Shown piece by piece: positions 31,101 through 43,100 of a DNA stretch of 64,000 bases. The stretch comes from Phoronis australis (Eukaryota > Animalia > Phoronida). A program made the translations under genes and the position numbers. Position 1 is the first letter of the stretch. Each line of letters opens with the position of its first letter. The notes under the pieces are model-generated. The model saw nothing but the letters and a program-made list of their open reading frames with translations. It had not been told where the DNA came from and searched no databases. The stretch spans positions 728,518 through 792,517 of the forward strand of contig NMRA01000122.1 in the NCBI GenBank assembly GCA_002633005.1, written 5' to 3'.

Positions 31101-34100
31101 CGACACCTTTTATCAAATAAATCAGGGCCAGATAATGTCCAAACAGGTGTATTAATTGTATCAACCTTCAAGCACCCCACCTGTGTTACTTGGTCTCGGC
31201 ACAGCTCATTGTTCAACTTGGCTACAACATCACTGTGTATGGAAATAGCTTCCTGAAAGTATGAAATAATCTAAGTTGATCACTCTCTGACTACAAAGAG
31301 TAGGCGTGCCAAGATTATAAACACAGGGTGTGCTTCTCAAAACATGTTAGCCAAAGTGACAAACAATTGGAAATAAAACTCAGCACTGTTGGATTGGTTG
31401 TAAATCACTGTGTAGTAAAACGATTAACCTAATCAACATGATAGCAATAACTAGACATAAGATCTTTAGAAAAAAATTGAGAAAGAAAACTATAATGTTC
31501 TGTAGGTTATAATAAAATGAAAAAAGCACACATTTATCTTTAAAATAGTTATTTCAAGACCACACACCCGTTTTTCCAAAGTTTCACTGAAATATTTGGA
31601 CAGCTGCCAATTACAACAATATTTTACAAACCTCCGCTGTATAATTGCCGTGTATAAATCCTTCAACATAACAATTCCTTCTGTACTCTGACACAAAGTT
31701 GGCAAGTGCATCTATTGTGACATAATGGAGTGCACTGTGCTTCTCAGCACTCGAATGAAACACTTCTAGTGAGACTGAGAATCTGGCCTCTCTGCAAATG
31801 AAAAGATAATTCACATTCATAATCATGCATCCTGGAAGAACATATTTTAGGAAACGAATAACAGCGGAAATGTGTACGAAAAAATAAAAGAAAACAGATT
31901 CAGGGGCTGCTTAGTAAAGATGGTGTGCCAGTAAGACATTTATATCTACCATGACATAGGATTTTGACAACACAATTTACCTGCTATGCCATTTGATAAA
32001 ATAGATGAAAAAATTCATCACATACTGCAACTTGTAGTGGAAGCCAAAATATGGATATTTGATCTATATCACGTCAAGCTTAACGAAACTTTGAATGATC
32101 ACTCAATAAATATACATGATGTGATAACACGTGACACTCACTTGGATAGATGGTCTGCCTTGATCATTCTGTTAAAGTAACTACGGATCAACTGCTGCTT
32201 GACAATCATAAACATGTCCTCGTCAATGGTGAAATCAACAATGTGATTCACAATCGTCTCGAATAATTTCTGCAAGACACAACATTCAACAATTGAATGA
32301 AATCAAACCAACATTGTCTTGTGCAAAAGCTGTCAAAAAGATGATGAGGAATGATAAGATGGGAATTCAAACGTGTTTAGAATAAAAGTCTTGATTATTC
32401 ATCAACATACTACTTTATGCTAGGAAACTAAAATTAAAATGACCTCATTTTTTACTTAGAGTTCTGCCCAAATAAATGTTTTTCATTCCAACGAGGAGGT
32501 AATAAATGTGGATATTGGTAAATAAATTATAAAGTAAGAGGAAAAGACGTCAACTTGTAACAATGTATACAATATGTCTGTTCATCATATATTAGTAACA
32601 ATATGTCTTGCACAAACTGCACTTAAAAACAAGGACTTACACTAATACATAATGCCTTAAAATCATTCGTTTTTATGAAAAAAGAGAAACTTCTAACAAA
32701 ACATCTATCACTTATACTGCCCTTTGACTCTCAAGGAACAATTTGTGCAAAAGACCTACACCAACTGACCCCAAAACATTAAGAAAAAAACCTCTTTGAT
32801 TATATGTGCCCTCTGTCATCCACTGTGAAGCAGAAGAGTCATGTAGTCACCCTATTGCTAATACCTGATCAGACCTCACTGACCAAGTAAACATGGGAAA
32901 TATCCCCAACTTCAACAAAACTTATTGACGAAATTGTATAAGCACATTGCTAATGCTGCTCAGACTTTCACACTACTGTTTGATGGTAGCAGCACATAAA
33001 CTGTGATTAAAATGAATTAAACAAATTTTGATTCTTATTGTAGCCAAAAACATTGACAAAATAAGATTGTGTACTAAACTGAAGTTTTGGCATACCTGTA
33101 GTTTGTGGTTGAAGCCATTCAGACGGATGTCCAGGCCGTCAGGGTATAGCAGCAACTCGTAACTAAAACCAAGAACAGATAGAAGATGTCCAGTCTCACA
33201 TAGTGCCTCATTTACAATCTGCTGTGCACAGTTTTTAAGTCAAATGTTAGTCCTACTCTTCCAAACATGGGTGTCCTCTGGACCCATTTTACACATTTTT
33301 GGAGTCTTTTCAATTTCTTGGGTTCCATGATAACAATAAAGAATTCATAACATTAACATAGAATCACACACAATGAATATTGTATTTGGTGGAAATTTCA
33401 TCAAAGAACAATATGGAAAGATAACCGATGAATAAAACTGATGGTTATTTTTTTAGTTTCATTGCTCAAAACATATCAGGTGACACACAATATGCATCTT
33501 ATTTTAATAGTTTAACAGAATCAAATGGTGTAACAACACCGCCTTGGGTGAAGGCTGTGTATGTTTATAATGAAAAACAAATTCACAACAATGCTGTTAC
33601 TCAAGATTTAATACAAACTCTTTTACTACACATTGTCTCAAGCATGAACCTAATACCAGTATCAAATGCAGGTTTAAGAGAATTATACTAGATTTTTTTT
33701 TTTTAATAATTGCAGGCGTGTATCAGACGTGCACAGGCCTCACATGTGGGCCCATTGCACTGATCACCTGGAAATATTTTTATTCTTTATTGATATATGG
33801 TTAAAACCGAGCTGAGGAGCTAGAAACCTGGCTCAAGGGTTTAGCAGTGTGACATGGTGGGACTTGAACCCACAACCTCGAGTAAAGAAAGCAGGCACTT
33901 ATCAACCAGGCCACACTGCCTCGAAAAAAATGGTATGGTGTCGTTTCCATCACAGCTGATGAAAAAAACACGAGACAGACAACTGAAAGACAGCTTTTTA
34001 TTGCTTGTATCATTGTTTGAAATCCATACTTGCAGGACTTTCCTGAGAAAGTTTCATCATAAAGCAGAGATACATTAAAAAATGTTTGTCCATNGCCCAT

Positions 34101-37100
34101 TGCACTGATCACCTGGAAATATTTTTATTCTTTATTGATATATGGTTAAAACCAAGCTAAGGAGCTAGAAACCTGGCTCAAGGGTTTAGCAGTGTGACAT
34201 GGTGGGACTTGAATCCACGACCTCGAGTAAAGAAAGCGGGCACTTATCAACCAGGCCACACTGCCTCGAAAAAAATGGTATGGTGTCGTTTCCATCACAG
34301 CTGATGAAAAAAAAACACGAGACAGACAACTGAAAGACAGCTTTTTATTGCTTGTATCATTGTTTGAAATCCATACTTGCAGGACTTTCCTGAGAAAGTT
34401 TCATCATAAAGCAGAGATACATTAAAAAATGTTTGTCCATTACATCTGATCAATAGTCCAGTAAATCTGATCACTAACCTGTTACATATGATCATTAGTC
34501 CAGGGCATTTGACCAGAGACTAAACAGGATATAGTTGCAACACAGCACACAAGCTTTGCTTCAACATCGATACTCACTTAAGCTGAGCAACGTCCGCTGC
34601 ATACGCAACCTCAGACAAGTTATGCGTCAACAACCTCTCAAACAGTTCAAACATGGCCTGGCTGTAAGAAAAGCATTATTTTACTGCCATGTGTTATAAC
34701 TGAATGAACTCCTGGACTGCACACTGTTTGTTACTAGCTAAATAGTTTGGAATAACACAATAACTGAGCATGACAACTACACAGTTACCTTTACTGAAAT
34801 TATAGATCTCGGTTAGTTTAGAATGTTTGCTTGATAATTACTGTTCCCCTGTAACTACTCTTCACACGTCCAATAGAAAGTGATGCAAACAGACTACATC
34901 TGAATTCTGCATTCACTTGCATTGACTTAACACAATGTCCTAGTAAGTATTGAACACAGTCTTAGTCAGTCATTGCCACTTAAGTATTGAGCATGGATGC
35001 TGAACCAAGACTGGTCCTTTTGACGACTGTTTAAGTCTGAAGTTTCTATTGTTTCATAAATAAACACCCAGGGACCAGCAACTAATGGAGAAAAGTATAT
35101 CTCCAGGATCATCAGGCATCTGTCATAAATTGATTTTACTTCAAAAGTAACAAAAACAAGAGCAACGCAGAGCGTTGAAATGCGTCCACAATTGCACCGT
35201 ATACGGTATACTTCTAGGGTTGTTTATTGGTACCATAAAGTGGCCAGTAGAGGGCATAGATGTAGTATGTTGTACTTTGCAAAATGAAAAGGCAAGGTCA
35301 TTGTCTCCTCAATATGCTAGGGGCAAAATGTGAGTGATCTTCATAATATAAGCACATCCTATACATCAGTTGCTTAACGCACCACAAAAACATAGAATTA
35401 AAAACAAATTTACCACCATAAATTTAGTAAAGATCCTGCAAACGGTTTGGGAGATACAGCCATGGGCGCAAAAAAAACTGCCACTAGGAGGCGCCATAGT
35501 AATCAAAGTCATGGGAAATTCAGCGTCAATCGTCCTCTTCATAGTAAGAACATACATGCCCAATTTTCACAATCATACTTAGAGCGGTTTGGTTGATAGA
35601 GGGGTGGACGCCAAAAAACAGACTCAAAAACAGTAAAAATGGCTGCTGCCTGTCGCAAACTAGGTCGAATCCATCCGAAAATGGCAGGATAGCATCATCG
35701 CACTAATAGGTGCCTACATACCAAATTTCATGAAAATCCGTTAAGGACTTTTGAAGATACAAAGGTAAACGTAAAAAAATAAAATTGCCACTAGGGGGCA
35801 CACTGGTAGTCGGATCCGTCCAAAAGTCGTCATCCTCTGTTGTTAACATCATATAAATACACTTATTAAATTTCGTAAAGATCCTGCGAACGGTTTAGGA
35901 GATACAGCCATAGGCGCAAAAAACAAAACTGCCACTAGGAGGTGCCACAGTAGTCAAAGTCATCGGAAAATCATCGTCAACCGTCCTCTACATAGTAAGC
36001 ATATACATGCCAATTTTCACAATCATCCTTTGAGCGGTTTGGTTGATAGAGAGGTGGAGGCAAAAATACAGACTCAAAAACAGTAAAAATGGCCACTAGG
36101 TGGCGCAAACTATGTCGAATCCATCTGAAAACGGGAGGATAGCGTCATCTCACTAATAGGTGCCTACATACCAAATTTCATAAAAATCCGTTCAGGACTT
36201 TTGAAGATACAAAGGTAAGCGTAAAAAACTAAAATTGCCACTAGGGGGCACACCGGTAGTCGCATCCGTCCGAAAGTTCGCACATGCCGTCCCATTCATG
36301 AATGGAACATATGTGCCAAATTTCATGAACGTATGTCAAAGGGTTTTGGAGATAGAGCAGTGGACGCCGGACGGACGCCGCCCGTACGGATGGACGGACG
36401 GAGATGACGGCATAATGCGTCCACATATAAATATGTGGGCGCATAAAAATGGTTGCTTCCCATTTTTAGCAAGACGAATAGTTGACGCCATACAAGTTTA
36501 AAGACACCGTCAATGCAAATCACACTTAAATGACAATCATGAGAAATAAGTGCTATTTTGAGAGACTTTAAGGGACATTATTATTTTTGTGGTTAAGTTG
36601 AAAAATGCAATTTTAGGGATTAATGTTGAATGAAATGGACTTTTCGACATTATTAGCTTTGATCAGAGCTATAAAACAACAAAATTCATCGTTTTTGTAA
36701 TTTTATCACAAATCACAATTCTTGTCGTTGTCATCCAGAGATTTGCTAAAGCCTTTACCATCAAGAACACTCAAAATACTGTGCTGTTAAGCGTGTGGGA
36801 TTTGGCTCAGCAGCAGACCAATCCGCTGCTATTGCGGAGTTAGTGGGCTGAATTCAGTGCTTCCACTAATTTCTGTAAAATTACTTTTCTCACCAAGATT
36901 GTCCCTTAAACTAGTACACTGAGGTAAAACAATACTAAACACTCACCTTTCTGCTGTCTTCTTCACCAGAGGTGACTTGAGGATGAAATATAAATAGGCT
37001 AAAAAGTAAATAAAATAATGCACTTTTAAACGTAAGGGCTTACTGAAGCATTTTAAGCGTTAAGAAAATGTGGTTGTTAACAGAAATGAATAGTGTAATG

Positions 37101-40100
37101 AGTAAGGTTGTCAAAGAAATGTTATACAAAATGGAAATGGAAATTGGGTACACTACTCGGACAATAATTTTCCCACAACAGTTGAAAATAACAGCACCAA
37201 ACAAACAAAACCCCTGTGCCCAGGACAACACCACAATTGGTATGCTTCTAGGGATATTATAGTCCCAAACAAATACTAGGTGGCAGAGAATATGAGTCGA
37301 ACCTGTCTGTAAGTGCAAAGGTGTCATCGTCTTCCTCACTGAAACCTGTTTGCAAAATATGTGAATCCAATCAAGAACTGGGACGACACAGAGGAAAATG
37401 CAAAAATGGAATTGCCACTAGGAGGCACAACAGTAGACGGATTCATGTGAAAGAAGTAGTCATCTGTTGGTCTTGTCATATTTCACAAACATCCAAGAAG
37501 GGGTTTAAAAGATACAACTTACTGTGGATGCAAAACATGCTACTAAAAGGCACAACACTAGTCGCACCCACCCAAAAATCAATGTCAGCCATGTTTTTGT
37601 CAGCAGGAAAACAACTGCCAATTTTTTGTAAAAGACTAAAATTGCAACTAAGGAGTACCACAGTGATTAGATCCATCCAAAAATCAGTACACAGCTTCTT
37701 GGCAGGAACAAATCTGCCAACTTCCACAAAGATCCGAGAGCAATTTGGCAGATAGTAGTGGATGCCTAAAACCAGACTCAAAAATAATAAACTTGGCCAA
37801 TGAGTGGGGCAAAATATGTCAAATCTATCCGAAAATGTGAACGCATTGTCCCTCCTTAATAGACACCTATTAACCAAATTTGATGAAAAACAATCAAGGA
37901 ACTCTGAAGATACAGAGGAAAATGCAAAAAACCCTAAAATTTCCACTAAGGGTCACAGCGGTAGTCTTGTCAGTTGAAACACATCACCATCTGTCATTAG
38001 CTTCAATTATAGGAACAAATCTGCCAAATCACAATAATATCCTGCAAGGGGTTTGTGAAATACAAAATTTGTACAGTGGACGCCAGACACCCAGACAGAT
38101 GAAGGCAATACCCACCCATATAATAAATCAAGAGCGCATAATAAGCACCAGAAGAATGCCATCTACCAACAACATTGTATAATAATTCTAAACTTATCAT
38201 ATTTGGAAGTTTCATAAATTTGGCTAAGAGACCCCTTAAACAAAACAGTGACACAACACAGCACATGAGCAAAATGATAACAGAATTATATGGTTTACCT
38301 TTTGGTACTTTGAACTTTGTGTCAGCCTTGAACCAAAGCCTGTTTGTTTCACAGTCCACTAACTTCACAGGTGCCTGTCAATAACACATCACATTAAGTG
38401 TTGCACTTCAATATGATTTTTAAAACTACAAAATCTCCATGACCATGCGGCAGACACTATGGCTCAGGAACACAAGCAGTTACTGCACAGTAGTTTTGAA
38501 AAGTCAGCGAAATCTATTTTCAAGGCTTTTTTAGTGAATTTATAGCTAACCATTTAGTGTTAATTTTAATCTGGTTTCACTCTGGGCTTTTGCTATAACT
38601 CCAAGAAAGCTGGCAGAATTTGAACAAATTACATCTACTTTTTGAAAACTACAGTAGGACGGTATGGTAGCCTTGGTGCAGCTTTGTGCCGACGTGGGTA
38701 AAAAACTGGCTACATAAAATTTGACACAAAATTATTGTCATCAGAAACTACACTCTGCATTGAGTAAACTAAATTATTTAGCGGTGTTAAAAAATAGGTG
38801 TTCTACCGTTATTCTGCAGCTAAATTTGTGAAGCCACCTTATGTGTCGGCTTTTAGTGCCATGAAATATAACATCACCTATTGGCTAGTTTCATTTTTCG
38901 CCGATTCTTCAAACAACAATTCTTATTCCATGAGGTTGGGTACATGTCACACCAAATCATAGGAAATGTCTTTTCGTTACAAGTTTTTAGTAATTCAATG
39001 CTTGCCCAGCACACCAAATTCTCTGGAGCTTAACACACAGTGGTTCCTAGCTGTATTTTGACGATAATCTTTATACAGCTAGCTGGCTAACTATCAATAT
39101 GGCTGCTTGTAAAACTTACAGTAACTGAGACACCTTCAGGGCTATCTGGCATTGTATACAGCTTTAGAGTGAAGTCTGTAGCGATGTACTCATTAGTTTC
39201 TGGGAGATGGAAGTGATCACAAGGAGGCAAATCTGAAACAATGGTAAAAGGACGTTGGCAATGCACAGCAGTGGATGACTCACAGAACTGTAAGAAGTGA
39301 CGCTATGGACTAAGAATGATTCTTTAAAGAAACGTTACAAGAAGCCAAGCCAAAAGCACTCACTACAATATACTGTTCTTGAATATGCTGTTATAAATCA
39401 GTGTTCCTCATTGTTATTAGAACTTTCTGGTTATTCAATGGTTCAGTCTCTCACTAGGCTGCACAGATTGTGCAAACTACAGGCTCGAGTCCTGGTGGCG
39501 GCATAAATTGAGACAATTAGATAGCATAATTTGCATGACAGGTGGCCTACATGGTAAAGCCTCCAACAACTCTCAGAGAGCCAGTTGCTAACTTCAGTTT
39601 CAGTAGCACCACCACACAAAAGTATCTCAACTCCTCCAGGACAGTACGCTAGTCCATTGCAGGATACTTAACAGCTATGGCTGGTATTCGTGTTATGCAA
39701 CTGAGTCAACTTCAGCAATTACTGTTTCTATACTCAAAAGTGCCTTGCTCAAGGACTAAAATACATCACTTCAGCAGCCTAGAATTAAAACTGGTGGCCT
39801 AGTGAACAAATAATGTTTTCTCTCTCTACTAACAGCAAAATCTCATCAATTCCAGACAAAAATAATAACCGAAGTTGACTTGTCTTCTGCATCATTTCTC
39901 CAGAGCATATAACACTGTTGTGAACTGCCTAATTGAATATATGGTATATAGCTGGAAAAAAGCACTTATATGGTGCTACCTATTAATTATGAAACAAATG
40001 TCTAGATAAAATTTAATTTGTCCACCCTAATGTGCCCACAATTGGTGAGACTTTTATTGTATATCACTCTAATCTGAACCCTGTTGAGGATTATATTTAT

Positions 40101-43100
40101 CCAGCATTTGTTCCTTTAAAGATGTATTTGCATGTTGCTAACTATGTTAATGTATAGCGGGAACTAAACAATAATCAAGTAATCTACACTAAACAAAGTG
40201 CAGTTGTATTCAATGACAATGTGAAAGCAACAGGTNAATACAATAGAACCTCATGGATTGAACATAAAAACTTAAAATATGTCATTGAATTCTTTACGCA
40301 AAAATGTATAATTTTCATTACACCATATCTTATATGTCAATTGTCATTTCGTGTTTGATTTTACTTTATTTCTGTTTTTGTTGATAAAGGAAGTTGTTAC
40401 CTCCGAAAATTTCAAATTTCAGTTGATCCATTCTTGTTGTTTTATTTACCGATTTATATTCTACTATCAACAAACACAAACCTGTCACATTTGATATACA
40501 CAACTTCCAAGTTTTCACCCCGACTACTTGTTGCTAAGTCCACATTACGGCATCCGAGATTTCAACGGTAAAGCACAATCTAGTAATATGAAGCAAAAGT
40601 GCGTCATATTACGAAAAAAATGCGTGATGTGACGCATTTTTGCGTGACATGACGCACATTTGCGTGATGTTACGCATCTTTGCGTTACGTTACGCATGTT
40701 TGCGTTATATCACGCACGCAAATTTGCGTTACCGTTACACACAAATTTTTAATTGCCAATTACCAAAATCTCGTTTATTTGTTTTTCAAAGCAAAGACAG
40801 GAATGTGTTTAGAAAGTGATAGTCTTTCGTACCAAGTCATTTTTGTTGAAAATAGGTGGATATTTTTCATTTGTGTCATGTTACATTCCAGTTCGGGACA
40901 AAATGAGATTTTCCCTATTTAAATAAGATCGACTTATTCTTAGTTGAGTTCTGTAACTAATCAAAAGACCCCAAAACGTACCTTTCCAAGATTCCAACCA
41001 TTTTGGCTCTATATCTGAAAAATAATAATTACAAATTGTATTTAGAACAATTTAAAAAAATAATATTAAAAGAAACCAACTAAGGAACAATTCATAATTA
41101 TCATACACTTTAGGGAGAAATAGGGTTGCAGCTTGATGCTTGTGTATGGTTTGGACTTCATATTGGACACTGACTTGTTAAAAAAGTCAGTGCCTCACTG
41201 GCAAGTAGTAAAAAGTTTTCTAAGTTCAAAACGTGTTATTACAGGAATATCGTACTGCAAATAAGTATTTTTAATCGATTCCAGTTGTGAAGGTTTTGTC
41301 GACATTCTCAATCAACTTGGACAGACTGCAGCACCTGTAGTATTTATTCAAGCATACATACACTTGAGATGAAGTAAAGTAGCAGAGATTGGCCTGAGGG
41401 ACAGGACAAGTGATAACAACAATCAATGAGTTCAGTCTACAAAACTGTCAATCTGAGCTGATTTCAATGCTACCATTGCATCCTGATATCAAAAATCTGT
41501 TGACTGTTTGTGTTATAAGGAAGTGGCGGAAATAAGACCTAAAATATTGTTGAATTGTTGGAAGGTCTTAGCACTACCAAGGTACCAGAGGGGCTGTGCA
41601 TTACTGCACGTAACAGTTAAAAGTTTCCTGCTTTGCCAGAATCATGAAACCCTTGAAACATTTTTCAGGGCAGGTACAAGAACTGGTGCAAATGTCCAAA
41701 ACCAAAGAACTCTAACTAGAACTTCACCCCTTTCCACGAATTTCTAGGTTTCTGATTTGACAGCTTTTCCCCAAAATGCTCTAAAATGATATCCTTTTTC
41801 AACAATTTTCATCCTGCATGCATTTCCTACATGAGCCAACTTATAGGTGCGGGGTGCCTCCTAGTGGGCACCAGGGTAGGATCAGGGTAGAATATGAAAA
41901 TTGGAATCCTTTTCAATTAGGACGTTGTTCTTTCCGTGTTTTTTAATGTTCACACTCAGACAAATCTTCATTTCTGACATCCACCAGTCAGTGACTATAC
42001 AGCCCGATATCCATGGGAAACCTAAGAAATGTGACACCTGCCTTTTGTGAGTTTTCATAGCATTTACAACCACGTACACAGGTAGAAACCATGTCATCAA
42101 TACTTTGTCTGATATATACAAATGCTGTGTTCTCCGTTTTGCAATGATTAAGTTAATCCTGCTTTGATACATGAAGTTGCTACCATCTACGGCATGTGTC
42201 ACACTTGACATTTGGCAATGACTGGTTTGTCAATGTGTCTTATCTCCGGTAAACAGAAATTAGCATTTCATTTAGCAGATGGATACTCCTTCACAAGACA
42301 TTAATGGTAAAATGCTCATTAGGGAGCTAAGTACACAGGTTTTACCTTTTTGAACTTCACAAAACAACCCAAAAATGAAGTTTTTTAAATTCTGCTAATA
42401 ATTCACACCCACCACAAACTGTGTACTTGGTTCCAAACCAGGGTTCAGTCATGGTACAGAGAGATTCATCCTTAAATGATGTTGACAGCAGCATTATGTT
42501 GGCTCTCTCTGGGGACAGCTGGTCTTGACAAAACGAAATCACCTGTAATCACCGTCTATGTTATTAAAGCAATTTTAACGAGGCATAAAAGACGTGACAA
42601 TGATGGTCAAGCTGGAAACTATTACAAAATTAATAAATATTTAAGAAATTAACACTCGCAATGGACTAAATAATTACAGGTCCTTTATCAGTGTGTAAAA
42701 AAATAATTATTAATAAACAAGTGATAGTACAGAGGTTACAGAAGAATTGATTGAACATAAAATATATCAAATATTTTAATTAGTATCGACTTTGTGTGTA
42801 CAGCAGATGAAAGCCAAATGAATTTCTTTTGTAAAGTCCTGTGGACATTTATTATTTTTACAAAAAATAAGTAGCATGAAACTGGAACAAAATGGTAATT
42901 TGTTAAAAAACTGTAACAGCTCTTTTGAGATTTCGTCTTGAATATTCATATCAAACAGAATTTGGTTACATTGCTAAGAATGTGTCTTTCTTTTTAATTA
43001 ATTTTAATAAAAAACACTTAACTCAATGAGTGGCAGATTAGTCAGTTAAAAGTAAAAAAATCACACTTCACGTTTTTTTACTTTCAGATATTGTATATTT

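Noticed and set aside
37040-38182. Cluster of 100-156 aa ORFs on both strands
   Set aside because: They lie in a degenerate HINE copy within an NRDC intron and show no protein motifs
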